Source: Octopus vulgaris (Eukaryota). Taken from it: a DNA stretch of 64,000 nucleotides. A model generated the notes under the pieces. The model was not told the origin of the DNA, ran no database searches, and saw only the letters and a program-made list of their open reading frames with translations. The translations under genes were made by a program, and so were the position numbers. Within the stretch, counting starts at the first letter, position 1, and each line of letters opens with the position of its first letter. The stretch spans positions 21,452,001 to 21,516,000 of the forward strand of contig OX597824.1 of the NCBI GenBank assembly GCA_951406725.2, in the 5' to 3' direction. Of the stretch, positions 25,496 to 39,843 are shown in pieces.

Positions 25496-27041
25496 ATAGC
25501 ACACCATTGCACCTGTACAGGTAATGTCAGTTCGATGGAAAGAATTAGCTAATGTTCAGCACAAGCATTTGACCACCTTAAACAAATTGTCTGTGCAGGT
25601 TGTACAGCAAGAAATTGCACAACACCTACCGGTTGTTTATGACAAGAGAATCCATTATCATCATGGTGTAGGAGCACTGATGTTCTAAGTTTGGTAGTTT
25701 CCTTCCAGAAAGCAAAAGCATTAGTGTGTTAATGTAATTCTTACTACGTAGTGGAAAGAAGTGAGAAATGGTTTAGGAAGTAATATGTTGATTATATTCT
25801 CTCGTTCAATGTTAAGATGAGTTTCAATGCTACTGAACAGCTGAACTGCCGCTGAAGAAATTCTGGGGACAGATTGGGTTGGGTGACCCCCCCTCAGTCA
25901 TGGATGACCATGGGATTGCACCTAGAAAGTTACCCTCCAAGACACAAGTCCAGGCAAGGTTGTTTATGGAGGACCATTTTGTTTGAATATTAGAAATTGA
26001 CTTGTTCAGAAGCTGAGCAACAAATATTTCTGGTGACCATTTTAAGCGTAATCTAAGTGCAAGATTTTGAATTGTTTTACACTGTCATTTGACTCTGCAA
26101 AATATACTTAAGTACTCCAAGCTTATATGTAAGCTATTCTCAAGTACATCCTTGAATAGACTGCTTTTCACAGAAAAGTGTTCTAGTATCGTTTCTCATA
26201 CAGAATAATAAATAACATTACATACAGGCCATCACTGATTTTGAACTTCAATTTTCTTTGTTTAATAGATTTCATGTAATGTGTTTGATGGTATGTAAGA
26301 TGCGAACTGGCAGAAAGGTTAGCACGCCAGGCGAAATGCTCAGCAGTATTTCGTCTGTCGTTACGTTCTGAGTTCAAATTCTGCCAAGGTTGACTTTGCC
26401 TTTCATCCTTTCGGGGTCGATAAATTAAGTACCAGTGGAGTACTGGGGTCGATGTAATCGACTTAATCCGTTTGTCTGTCCTTGTTTGTCCCCTCTATGT
26501 TTAGCCCCTTGTGGCAATAAAGAAATAGGTATGTAAGATGCATATATTTTTTTTGTTTGTTTCCAAAAGTATATCTCAAAATGCCAGCCCCACAATCATA
26601 TATGCAAAGTCGAGCCTGTATTATATACTTTAATGCATTAAAAACCTTCTTCCTGAATTTCTGCTGCTGACATTGGGGGACCTCAACTATGTCCATTCAT
26701 TTTTATGCCATCTAATAAGCACATGGTGACCTCTGTCATCGAACAGTTTATATCGAATTAGTAGTCACTAAATTCTATTTAAACACTACAAGTAGACTTA
26801 TGTAGAGGCTAATATGTACCTCTGTTGACTGCATAACACTGGTTAAAGCTTTTTTTTTTTTTGCATTTGGCAGACCATAGAAATTTTTTCAAAGGTTTTC
26901 ATATCAACTGACTGACCTGGTCAATTGCTCTCACTGCACTTTTTCATTACATTTGATATTGTCCCTGGTTGAGTATCTCCACTTTCTACATTCCTTGGTG
27001 TTTTAGAAAATCATTCATTGTTGTCACTGCATTTGTTCTAG

Positions 27042-27086
27042 GTGGAATATAGTCGGCAGTAAGTATCACAGAAGAAACCTCGCAAG
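27042..27086 (+). CDS. Candidate 45-nt cassette exon (WNIVGSKYHRRNLA)
   Basis: ttgtcactgcatttgttctag|...aag|gtaaat; 3n length; only the phase-2 frame lacks stops. Confidence 0.45.
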
Positions 27087-29451
27087 GTAAATAGAAAGGG
27101 CAAACTTAACGAACTAACATTCCAGGTGTGGGCTGCATGGTTTTGGATATGGTTTCTGTTTTCATTAATCTAATGTTACTGAAAAATCAATCACTGCAAT
27201 TAACTTTCCGTCGAGCTCTCCTGAATGGTCCAAGCGACAGACAGGAATGTCATGGGAGCGGGGAGTGGGAGATGGTTATATTCCTGAGTCAGACATGTTA
27301 GTGTTGCAACAATCTCATAAAGTCTCTTAAGATAATTACGAAGCGGTAAACTTTTTGTTTGTTTCTGGTAAACAAACATTCATTAATGGGATTCCACAGG
27401 ATTCCTCATCATACACATCATCGTTGTCGTCGTCATCATCATTATCACTACTACCATCATATCCATTTTTCTGTGCTGGTATGGGCTGAACACATTGTTA
27501 CAGACTGTGACATCTTATACACTCAGCACCAGAGAAAACCAGCTGACTTCAGTCTTGCATATATCTTACACAGTGGACTGGGTCCCTTTTATTGTGCCAC
27601 TGGAACTAGAGAAGTTGTCCCCTATGAAAGGGCTAGAGTCCTTTCTGTGCTGTATCAGTTCCCACATCAACTCTTCTCAACAATTTACCTGTATTACAAC
27701 TTGTGGGGTCCATACCCTGTTCATATGTTCACTGTGACTTTGAAGTTCCAGTTAGCTTATCTTTACAATCTGATGAAGGTGAATAAGCTGAAACTTCAAC
27801 CATTTCCTCGTCAAAGTTAATAGACACGTATTCTACCAAAAGTATTGAATAACCCTTCAGGTTAATGCGAAATTAGTTTTATACATAACTTGACATAAAA
27901 AAAAAAAACAAATGTGAATATACATACACATGCATGTCTGAATGTGTTTGTGTGTATATACACAGACATGTATGTACACACACATGCACACACATATGTA
28001 TGGCATTAGGAAGGGCATCTGACCATAGAAGCCATGCCGAAGCAGACAGTGGAGTTTGGTGCAGTCTTGTGACTTGCCATTTCCTGTCAGACTATCCTAG
28101 CCATGCCAGCATGGAGAATGGACATATGATGATGATGATGATGATGATGATGAGGATGATGACGATGACTGGAGTTTGGTGCAGCCTTCCAGCTTACCGG
28201 CCCTGGTCAAACTGTCCAACCATGCCAGCATGGACAACAGGTTTTAAATGATGATGATGGTATATATATATATATATATAAACATATATATATATATATA
28301 TATTTTGTTTTTATCATTAATTAATAAAACTTAGGGTCGCAAAAAATTTAGAAAAATTCTTTGCTACCAGTGGCTATTTAGTGGTTTGTAGTTTAACTAC
28401 TCTTTCTAGCGAGTCAGATGTCCTGTTATGGCTATCTCTTATGTGTTTAAATGTACACTGTATTGTTATATATATATATATGAAAATATATATGAATACA
28501 CATGATACACACACCGGAATGGTTGCGTGTATGGCCCATTCCTCATGTGGCCATTGACATTCATTCATTTAATATCTCACATAATCTAGCAGTAATATAT
28601 AACTTGCTGAATAGATTAATATTAATTTCTATATACACATATGATGATGATGATGATGACATAAGAGATTGAAGAAGCTGGGGATGAGCAAATCAAAAGA
28701 GAGAAAGAGAGAGAGAGTGACAGATAGTGTATATCTTATAACACAGGTACTTTTCAAGTACATATAATAATGAAATATTTATATCAATCATAAGGACACA
28801 ACAAATGTGTCTGCCTGCTAGAAATAAGACTCGTGCCTTTATGACTGATACAAATTTTATTCCTATAGCTATATAATGCTATATTAGGCCTGCAACCACT
28901 TATATTATTGTTGCTGTTATTATTATCAACTATTTATATTACCCTTGATAATAATAACAATAATAATATCTATATAAATGGTCACTCCTGAATATTTGCT
29001 CCTTATAATAATGAAATAAATAGGTTTATCTCTTCTACTTGGTGTTTCTCTCCTCTGCATGTTTCTCCGTTGGTGTTGTATAAAGTCTAACATTTCTATT
29101 CCTATCTGATACAGTGTCGCTAATATCGAGTTTGTTCTAGATGTTTCTGTGATTGAAGAGTTACTAATTGAATGAGATATTTTTGCGGTGTTTGTTCCCT
29201 CTTTTCTGTGTGGTCTCTATTCATTTCTTCCTTAACACAGTGCATCTTTATGCCACTAGAACTAGAGGGGCTGTTTCTGAAATGAGCAGGGTCTCCCTCC
29301 ATGGGATGGGAAATATATTGGAACAGCTGTTGATGTACCCTGATGGGGGGTAATTTTACCAATAAAAGTACATTCACACACTAGCTACATTTCATTTCTT
29401 TTTTTATTATCATTAGTCAAGTTGTTGATTAATTAGCAAATCAGTTGCTTG

Positions 29452-29765
29452 TGGAGGTGCAATGGCCCAGTGGTTAGGGCAGCAGACTCGCAGTCGGAGG
29501 ATCGCGGTTTTGATTCCCAGACTGGGCGTTGTGTGTTTTATTGAGCAAAAACACCTAAAACTCCACGAGGCTCCGGCAGCGGTTGGTGGCAACCCCTGTT
29601 GTACTCTTTCACCCCAACTTTCTTTCAATCTTTCTTCCTGTTTCTCGAGTAACGCTGCGATGGACTGGCGTCCCGTCCAGCTGGGGGGAACACATACGCC
29701 GCAAGAACCAGGAAACCAGGCCCATGAGCCTGGCTAGGCTTGAAAAGGGTGCATAAATAAATAAA
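29452..29765 (+). mobile_element. SINE family D (tRNA-like head with TCG anticodon-like loop, V-domain-like gcgatggactggcgtcccgtccag)
   Basis: A box tggcccagtgg; inverted copy at 37495-37797. Confidence 0.85.
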
Positions 29766-30467
29766 ATAATCAGTTGCTTAGTTAATTAGTTAACTAGTTG
29801 ACTTATAATAATAAAATGTGAAATAAAATATAACCAGTGTGTGTATTAGAAGTAGCAAAATGATCCACCAAAACAACGTTAATATTTCAAAATGATGATT
29901 AGAAAACTGATCACATTAATGATGGAGTCAGGTTTCCTCAGACAGATTTGTTGTGTGTTTGTTTGTTTATGTCCACAAAGCAAGTAAAATCAGCATGGCT
30001 GAATGGTTTGAAAGTTTGCTTCGCAACCACAAAGTTCCCAGGTTCAATCCCTTTGCATGTTATCTCGGGAGAAATGTCTTTTATCAATCCTTCCGAGTCA
30101 ATTTGGGTTGATGGAAACTGTATGGAAGCCTATGTGTCGTTCCTATAATTTAATGATACAGCCTTATCACATGCATTACACTATACTGATTCTAATTGGA
30201 GATTATGCTAAAGGTACTCATGTCTATGGAATACTCAGCCACTTATATACTAATTCAAGGAACAAGTGAATCCCATCACTGAAGCTTACAGACATTTTTT
30301 TTACGAAGTAAGTACGAGTACCTGTACTCCATGACTTGTAATGAAGTTGTGTTCCAACTGGTTGTAACACATTATGGACCCAAGTCGAACCCCTACACAT
30401 ATTTTCCAATTTCTTTTTGTTTGAAGGGGTATTTTATTTGCAATACTGTTAAGTACTGTAGCATATT

Positions 30468-30886
30468 ACTCTTTACTCTTTTACTTGTTTCAGTCATTTG
30501 ACTGTGGCCGTGCTGGAGCAAATCGACTCCAGGACTTATTCTTTGTAAGCCTAGTACTTATTCTGTCGGTCCCTTTTGCCGAAACGCTAAGTCACGGGGA
30601 TGTAAACACACCAGCATCGGTTGTCAAGCGATGTTGGGGGGGACAAACACAGATGCACAAACATATACACACACATACATATATATATATATACATATAT
30701 ACGACAGACTTCTTTCATATATATATATATATACATATATACGACGGGCTACTTTCATATATATACGTATATACGACGGGCTTTGGTTGGCCCGAGGCTA
30801 TAGTAGAAGACACTTGCCCAGTGGGACTGAACCCAGAACCATGTGGTTGGTAAGGAAGCTACTTACCTCACAGCCACTCCTACATC
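30468..30886 (-). mobile_element. SINE family A with internal triplication of tatacgacggg
   Basis: Family A head and tail. Confidence 0.85.
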
Positions 30887-31225
30887 TATATTGTACATCA
30901 AAATATATTTTATTTATACTTTTCATACATTATATGCATTTATCTTTTGCCTTTTACTTTGAAAAGAGAAAGCCACCATGTGCTTACATGAGCTGCTAGA
31001 AATAGCAAACAAATCACCCTCAAATCATACCATGCAGTCTTGGGAAATAAGGACACATCAGATACTGTAGGTCTGGATACCCACTAAAATATGTTTGTCA
31101 TGGCAAGAATGATCAGATTAGGTCTACTCAGTCATGGTTGACTCAGGGTTAAACAAAAGCAACAACGAAAACAACATTCATTTGTTTTCCCTTTAAATTA
31201 GTGATTCTTATTTTATTTTATCTTT

Positions 31226-31255
<30 letters not shown>

Positions 31256-31257
<2 letters not shown>

Positions 31258-31651
31258 GTAGGGTGCTAAGAGCACAATCAAAGCATGATCGTTGCCAGAG
31301 CGGCTAACTGGCTTCCGTGCCGGTGGCATGTAGGAGGCACCGTTCGAGCAGGATCATTACCAGCATCGCCTTACTGGCACCTGTGCCATTGGCATGTGTG
31401 AAAAGATTCGAGCGAGGTCGTTGCCTGTACCGCCTGACTGGCCCCCGTGATGGTGGCACATAAAAGCACCCACTACACTCTCAGAGTGGTTGGCGTTAGG
31501 AAGGGCATCCAGCTGTAGAAACTCTGCCAGATCAAGATTGAAGCCTGGTGCAGCCATCTGGTTTGCTAGCCCTCAGTCAAAATCGTCCAACCCATGCTAG
31601 CATGGAAAACGGACGTTAAACGATGATGATGATGATGATGATGATGATGAT
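31256..31651 (+). mobile_element. Repeat family C copy
   Basis: High similarity to 3975-4375; (GAT)n tail. Confidence 0.9.
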
Positions 31652-32396
31652 ATTTCATTTCATTTGATATATTCTGTAGACTCTTAGTTGAGTGTGTCAT
31701 TTTCAGTGAGCAATTGAAGCATTCTTTGACTGAAAACTTTCTTTGTAGTTATTATCTTTTATCCATTCCTTTGAAGTCTCCAGAAACACTTCTAGCCTCA
31801 ACTTGAATTCTTAGTTGTCTTGCAGGCATACGTTTTCGTATGTAGTCTTCTGTTCAGAACATCAACTCTTTTGCCATTTGTGGAGAGGTCACAGTTCCGA
31901 TACTACAGACATATAATTAGAATTCCACAGGAGAGAATCACAAGATGGATTTTTCAAGCCGAGCTAATTGGCATGTGACCTAGGGGTACACCAAGACAGT
32001 ATGGTATGATTTGAGGGTGATTTGTTTGCTATTTCTAGCAGCTCATGTAAGTACAGAATGGTTGGATAATATCCGTAACCTCAATTGGTCATGATGGGGA
32101 ATCCAGCAGGAAAGCGTAATGATAGTTGTTTCTGACAGGACCCTACAGATGAGGTACCTGAGGATTCTACCCACCAAAATCCTTCCAGGAATACTATTCA
32201 TGGAAGGAACAGTACGCAGTGAAAATAAGTTGGTGGATGGAAGGATAGTTCCTTGTCACTTTTGTATTACTCTTGCCATATGCATGATTAATTATCTTGT
32301 AGCTCCAATATTTCAAAAATGTGATTGCATATTTTTAAAATCACATTGTGGGGTAGGTTCGAAAGGCCAAATCTGGCTTTTTACTGCATAAGTCAG

Positions 32397-32600
32397 TCAT
32401 TCCATGTCCTTAAGAATAATGAAGATCATCGAATGGAACAGAAGTAGATTATGTGTGATATCATTTCCCTTTCCTTTTCTTTCACATTGGATAATTATTT
32501 CCATTTTAAATTCCAAATCAAGTGATTTCTCTGTTTTTTTGCTTGGTGACTTGGTAGACGGAGAAATTTTCATGATGTCTTTGATTGTGGCTGTCAATCT
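32397..32600 (-). mobile_element. Degenerate pogo/Tigger transposase N-terminal (CENP-B-like HTH) remnant
   Basis: KKTEKSLDLEFKMEIIIQCERK...HSMIFIILKDME resembles the Tigger K.K.ITLE.KLEII...STI.TILKDKE pattern. Confidence 0.55.
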
Positions 32601-34946
32601 GTGGAAGCTAAGTGAGCTTCAGAGGCCCTGACTAGATCCCTTTGGTAAAGGATGAAAATGCACATATGTAGTTTGCAGAAGAGTGACAAGATTTTTGGTT
32701 GTGCTTTGTTCAAAGATGCTTTTGGTTTGAAAGGTGGTCTTTTGTCTTTTTGCAAGAATTTTGTCCACAGTTGGTGACTGTGTACTTAATATTTAAAAGG
32801 AGAGAGACCCATGAAGTAGAAAAGACATTGCCTTTCATCTTTTCAGGGTTGATAAATTAAGTTCCAGTTGCGTACTGGGGTCAATCTAATTGACTGGCCT
32901 TCTCCCCAAAAATGTTGGGCCTTGTGCCTAGAGTAGAAAAGATTATATCTTCATTATCATGGTATAGATTTTATTTGATATTCACTTACATTTTTTTGGA
33001 TTGAACCAACTTGTATCAATAATGTACAGGTTTTAAGATGACTTATTAAGGAATAAAAAAAAATTCACTTTTTAAATTTTATTCTATTAAACTCTAATGA
33101 ATATGAAATAAAAAAGAAACAAATGAAATTATTGCTATTGTAAAACAAATTTTATATGTTGAATATACTTAACATTAAATTATATTTCAAACTAATCATA
33201 ATACATCTTTTAGTTAATTTGTACAAAACTTCTTTTTATGTTAATTTTTCCCTTTGTGGGTACATTTTGAAAAAAGTGCTTAAACATAAATAGTTTTATA
33301 TATTGAAAATAAAATTTTATTATTCTTTTTCTGAGCAAAATATTTAACTATTGTTTTTTATTTGTATATAAATGCATCGTAATTAAATAAGGAATGCATA
33401 AAAACATTTTAAAATGTTGTGTTTATTCACAATGATTTTTGCAAAATAGTAGTTATTATGCGATACTTCATGCCTGGTTGTTCTCCTCTGAACATTGCAC
33501 CATTTTTCTGAGTGCAAAAAATAACAAATGAAAGTATTTAGAAACAATATCCAAGATATACTCTTTTACTCTTTTACTTGTTTCAGTCATTTGACTGTGG
33601 CCATGCTGGAGCACTGCCTTTTAGTCAAGCAAATTGACCCCAGGACTTATTCTTTGTAAGCTTAGTACTTATTCTATTGGTCACTTTTTGCCGAACTGCT
33701 AAATTACGGGAACGTAAACACAACAGCATCGGTTGTCAAGCGATGTTGGGGGTGACAAACACAGACACACAAACATACACACATACATATATATATATAT
33801 ACATATATACACCAGGTAGACTTAATACTTTACACTTCACTTTAGAGTTGAATAATCTTTGTAAATACTGCTACATCATGGAACCAAAGACATTGGTATA
33901 GAAGTAAATAATATTTGGTTAACCATTTCTTTTTTTTTTCCATAAGAAAGTCCGTTTTTTTTAATTGGTACTTCAACAATTTGTTCAACTGTGTTTTTAC
34001 TGCAAGCTGGAATTGAACTTGCGTTTGTTTGTTGAAAGAATTAAGTGGACATTTGCATGACTTGGCTAATTCTTTAATTTGCTTTCTCTATTTGAAAATT
34101 GGCATTATCTGAATGTAAGAAAATACTACTAAATTTTTTGGAAAATTTCTTTGAGAAAAACTAAAGACCTGCTTAGTGCATGAAGAATTTGGTTGTGATT
34201 GTGCAATCAGATTATTTCCAAATTTCTCTTCTTTTTCATCTCTTTTTTCTATTTCCTTTTTATCTCTTTTTTTAAAAAATTTTACTCATTTTAACTGGCA
34301 TTCATATCTATATCAGTAAACTACATGTATATAATTTTGCTTTGTTTTTGTAAAATGTAAAAACAAAAAGAAATGTATTCACATGAAAATAATAAGAAAT
34401 AAGTTATTAAAAAATGAAACGGTGGAATCATTATCATCGTTATTATTGCTATCATCATCGTTGTTGTCATCATCATCGTCATTTCATCATGCATTTTTCT
34501 ATGCTTGCATGGGTGGGATGGAACTCATTGAGGCAGATTTTCTATGGCTGGATGCTCTTCCTCTCACCAACCTGCACTTGTTTCCAGCCAAGGTTATGTT
34601 TCCCCATGGCTGGACAGGTTTTTATGAAACATTGGAAATGAATGGCGGCGAGCTGGCAGAAACATTAGCATGCTGGGCGAAATGCATAGCCGTATTTCGT
34701 CTGCTGCTACGTTCTGAGTTCAAATTTCGCTGAGGTCAACTTTGCATTTCATCCTTTCAGGGTCGACAAATTAAGTACCAGTTACGCACTGGGGTCGGTA
34801 TAATCGACTTAATCCCTTTGTCTGTCCTTGTTTGTCCCTTCTATGTTTAGCCCCTTGTGGGCAATAAAGAAATAGAATGACACAGCTTGTATGATGGTGA
34901 CTCTTGTTTACGACTATTATGTGATGTCAAAACAAAGATACACAAA

Positions 34947-34984
<38 letters not shown>

Positions 34985-35428
34985 TACATGTATGTTCTGT
35001 AAAACATTGAATAACATTTGTTTTCTATTCATTATTATTGTTTCTCTTATTTGGCTTGTTTCCCCACTTTAGCCTATCCCATGGTTGATTCCCTGCATCA
35101 TACTACACTGGATGCTGGGGTGGAGTGTAGATCCCACAACTGTACCCAATCTTTGGTTATATGCCATGCCTCACATTGCCCTTTTTGTGATATACGTATG
35201 TCATTGTTCAGTTTTGTTTCAAGATTCCTTGTCAATAGAGAAAGAACCGGTTTCTAACCTAGATTTAAGGCTCATTCCTTAAAATTTCAACATCAACAAC
35301 AGGGTTATGTATGTATGTATTTATGTATGTATGCATGTATGCATGCATGTATGTATGTATGTATGTATGTATGCATGTATGTATGTATGTATGTATGTAT
35401 GTATGTATGTATGTATATATGTATGTAT

Positions 35429-35498
35429 TAGAACCACTAAGTTACAAGGATATAAACACACTAACATTGGTTGTCAAGCGATGGTGGGTGGCAGGGAT

Positions 35499-35541
<43 letters not shown>

Positions 35542-35705
35542 CGACGAGCTTCTTTCAGTTTCCGTCTACCAAATCCACTTACAAGGCTTCATTCGGCCCA
35601 AGGCTATAGTAGAAGACACTTGCCCAAGGTGCCATGCAGTGGGACTGATCCTAGAACCATGTGGTCGGGAAGCACGCATCTTACCACACAGCCATGCCCG
35701 TGCCT
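35429..35705 (-). mobile_element. SINE family A
   Basis: Head and body; another tail-half copy at 33560-33810. Confidence 0.85.
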
Positions 35706-35822
35706 ACTTGTTCATTCTTTCTTTCTACTGTACATACACAGATATATATTTATATATCTATATATATCTATATATACATATATACATACATACATAAACA
35801 GATACAACACACCTATATGCAT

Positions 35823-35869
<47 letters not shown>

Positions 35870-35875
35870 TATATA

Positions 35876-35955
<80 letters not shown>

Positions 35956-35971
35956 CATATATACGTATGTA

Positions 35972-36002
<31 letters not shown>

Positions 36003-36195
36003 GTGTGTGTGTATGTATATATGTATGTATATCTTTTTATTAGGTGTGAAGCTCATAATTGAATCAGAGTTCTAGAGTTTCACACTGAAACACATAGCAA
36101 ACGAGTCTGAAGAGGATGATTCACTCTCTTGCTCTCAGACTTCATTGGTATCTGCAGTCCTTCCCAAAAAAAAAGATGAATAACCAAATTTACAT

Positions 36196-36233
<38 letters not shown>

Positions 36234-36514
36234 GCACAGGGTAGTATGGATATCCTTAGTCATGTGGCTAATGTATTTGCTAATAAAAAATAAGGAAAAA
36301 AAAATCTATTCACCTATGATGTGTTATTTTACAATCTAAGAGTTTTCTTTCTGCTTGTTACATCTTCAGGACAGCATCGCTGAGTAAAGAATCATCAGAT
36401 GTAAATATAGCGTGTAATTCATCCTTTATTCTGATGAGTCTGAAATCTGTTGTCCTCAATTTGAAGCATCTTGAAAGTTGTGAGGATTCTTTGAAATATA
36501 AAATAAACATACCT

Positions 36515-36674
36515 GCAGGCATAGGCATGGCTGTGTGGTAAGAAGCTTGCTTCCCAACTACATGGTTCTGGATTCAGTCCCACTGTGTGGCACCTCAAGC
36601 AAGTGTCTTCTACTATAGCCTCAGGCTGACCAAAGCCTTGTGAGTGGATTTGGTTGATGGAAACTGAAAGAAGC

Positions 36675-36727
<53 letters not shown>

Positions 36728-36930
36728 CTGTGTTTGTCCTCCCCCAACATCGCTTGACAACAGATGTGGGCGTGTTTACATCCCCGTAACTTAGCAGTTC
36801 AGCAAAAGAGACCGATAGAATAAGTACTAGGCTTACAAAGAATAATTCTTGGGGTCGATTTGTTCGACTAAAGGTGGTGCTCCAGCATGGCCACAGTCAA
36901 ATAACTGAAACAAGCAAAAGGATAAGAGAA
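36515..36930 (+). mobile_element. SINE family A, full length, sense orientation
   Basis: ggcataggcatggctgtgtggtaag...gaaacaagcaaaag; partial + copy at 38414-38600. Confidence 0.9.
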
Positions 36931-36969
36931 CATGCATATATATATATGTATATGTTATGTAAATGTGTG

Positions 36970-37013
<44 letters not shown>

Positions 37014-37089
37014 CAGACATGTATATGTATACATGTGTATATATATATATGTATAGGTACTTTATATCCACATATATATATATGTAATG

Positions 37090-37134
<45 letters not shown>

Positions 37135-37169
37135 ATATATGTATGAATGTATATCTATATGTATGTATG

Positions 37170-37225
<56 letters not shown>

Positions 37226-37494
37226 AATATAAATACACATACACACATGTGCAGAATGGTTATTTGCACTTCATACAAAAAAATTTATTCTTTATATGTT
37301 CTGGCAAATTCAAAAGCAAAGTATGCTGTATAGGTCACAGGAGAACACACCGTCATTGAAAAAGGGAGAATTTGTTCTCCTATGACCAACACAACAACCA
37401 CTAGCATATTTTGTGTTCAAATCTGCAACAACATATTAAGATGGAATAAGCAAATCATCATTATATGTGTATGTGAGTATATAAAAAAAAAAGT

Positions 37495-38015
37495 CACCTT
37501 TTTCAAGCCTAGCCAGGCTCATGGGCCCGGTTTCCCGGTTTCTCTGGCATATGTGTTCCCCCCAGCTGGGCAGGACACCAGTCCATCGCAGCATTACTCA
37601 AGAAACAGGAAGAGAGAGTGAGAGAAAGTTTTGGCGAAAGAGTACAACAGGGATCACCACCATCCCCTGCCGGAGCCTCATGGAGCTTTTAGGTGTTTTA
37701 GCTCAATAAACACACACAACGCCTGGTCTGGGAATTGAAACCGCGATGCTCCGACCGCGAGTCCACTGCCCTAACCACTGGGCCATAGCACTTCCCATCA
37801 TGAGCTGGCAGAAACATTAGCACACTGGGCGAAATGCGCAGCCGAATTTCGTCTGCCGTTACGTTCCGAGTTCAAATTCCGCCGAGGTCGATTTTGCCTT
37901 TCATCCTTTCGGGGTCGATAAATCAAGTACCAGTTACGCACTGGGGTCGATGTAATCGACTTAATCCGTCTGTCTGTCCCCTCTATGTTTAGCCCCTTGC
38001 AGGTAATAAAGAAAC
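37495..38015. mobile_element. Head-to-head SINE pair: family D (-) 37495-37797 and family B (+) 37801-38015
   Basis: Two tRNA-like heads abut at ~37800. Confidence 0.85.
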
Positions 38016-38722
38016 ACATATATATGTGTACATACACAATCACAGACTCATACACACACCTACAGACACAGATAAACACACACACTCACAGACACACAAT
38101 TCAGTTGAATCCATTTTATGTTTTCTCTTTATGTTGCTGACATTTTTCTTTTTGTGTGTAGCAGTAATTGTTTCCATTGAAACAATGTCAAACTGGTTCA
38201 TTTATTTTCATTTCATTCTTTGGAATTCCATTTCCTGCTTATACCATATCAGTTTGTTTTGTATATGATACTGAATTCTATCGTTTATCACCACTCTAAA
38301 TATTATGGTACTTTTTCCATTTTTGTGCGTGATATCATTCAGTATTTTAACATTTGAGATCATGCAAGCATCATACTATATATAACCTGCTATCTTTTAA
38401 AATATTTCACTATAGGCACTGGCATGGCTGTGTGGTATAAATCTTGCTTCCCAACCACATGGTTTCAGGTTCAGTCCCAATGTGTGGCACCTTGGGCAAG
38501 TGTCTTCTACTATAACTTTGGGCTGACCAAAGTTTTGTGAGTGGATTTGGCAGGCAGAAACTGAAAGAAGCTTGTTGTGTATATATATGTGTGTGTGTGT
38601 GTAAAATCAAAATTTAAAGCAAACAGAAAATGGAGAAGTATTGATGAACAACAATTGTCTTACATCAATTATTATTTATTAATTCAATACATGGGATGCA
38701 GTCTATAATAATAATAATAATG

Positions 38723-38765
<43 letters not shown>

Positions 38766-38824
38766 TAATGGCAACATCGAATAATACCTAAGGAATGAGA
38801 ACCCAGGTTCAAAATTTCCCCAAG

Positions 38825-38868
38825 ACACCTGATGAAGGCTGGAGGGTATATCAACTGAAACGCTGTGT
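38825..38868 (+). ncRNA. Degenerate minimal hammerhead-like motif in a Penelope-like fragment
   Basis: ACAC-CUGAUGA-A-ggcug...ucaacu-GAAA-CGCU-GUGU; stem II imperfect, U16.1 is C. Confidence 0.4.
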
Positions 38869-39843
38869 TAACAACAAACAAGATGAGGACAAATATCCGT
38901 CAAATGTAAATAATGTAAATAACACACACATTTATTTGTAACTGTTTTAAAATTTGCCCATCTTAATATATTGTTTAATGTAACTCGCTTGAGCCTTAGT
39001 TTCATATCAATTTGCATATACCAGTGCTCCACAGCCAGTATGCTGCAGCACGCTGGCGTGCCATGAGACGAATAAGCTGAATACTAAAGGGTTAAGTGGA
39101 ATCCTAATGACACCAATCTCACCAGTCTGAGAAGCCCTACAGAGGTCATGTGTACTGTCTCTTTCTCCAAATGCAGCAAGTTAAAAAACAACAACAACAG
39201 CAACAACAAACAAACACCTGCCAAGGATTTAGTAAAAACCAAACAATTATGGGATTAATATGCAAAGGAGTATATAAGTTATTATCATGAAATCTGATAT
39301 TTGCCAAGGGGCTTCTTATTGTATATTGGTAATTACACCAAGGTGTTAACAAAGGAAGCACAGGTTTGTTCTTCAAAAGGCACTTTTTATTGACTTTTGC
39401 ATTGTCAATGTATGAAAAGTGCAAAAGCACTTTGTTTTAAAAATATTAATATACATACATGCCATGTTTACAAATGAATCTTAGATTCATATATCACTAA
39501 CAGGAAATAGAATATAATTTCAATTACAATCACGAGAATTTTGGGAAACGTTGATTAGAATCTGTCCAATCATGTGTGCAATATACATTCAGATTTCTTG
39601 AGTTTAGATGTTTGGGTTAGGAAGGAAGGAGGAGGAGGAGGAATAGTGTAGTAGATTTGTTATCTTTCATATGATAGCCTTTCACCTTCTTGATAGCGAG
39701 CTGCCTGATGTAAAAGCATCTGGTATTTTTGTTTTGCTTTTTCCTATTTAGAAAGTCTTCAATATTCAAATTAAACATTTTATCATGATTTCCTGCAAGT
39801 ACATTTTGTTGTGTTTCAAATATTTAACCCTTTTATTACCTTA

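Noticed and set aside
27359-27820. 153-aa ORF and possible 205-nt exon 27574-27778
   Set aside because: Starts in a (CAT)n/repeat remnant, has no recognisable domain, and the length does not preserve frame
36431-36460. CTGATGA-gtct-GAAA motif (other CTGANGA hits at ~667, 10777, 48322)
   Set aside because: Stems I-III could not be formed convincingly
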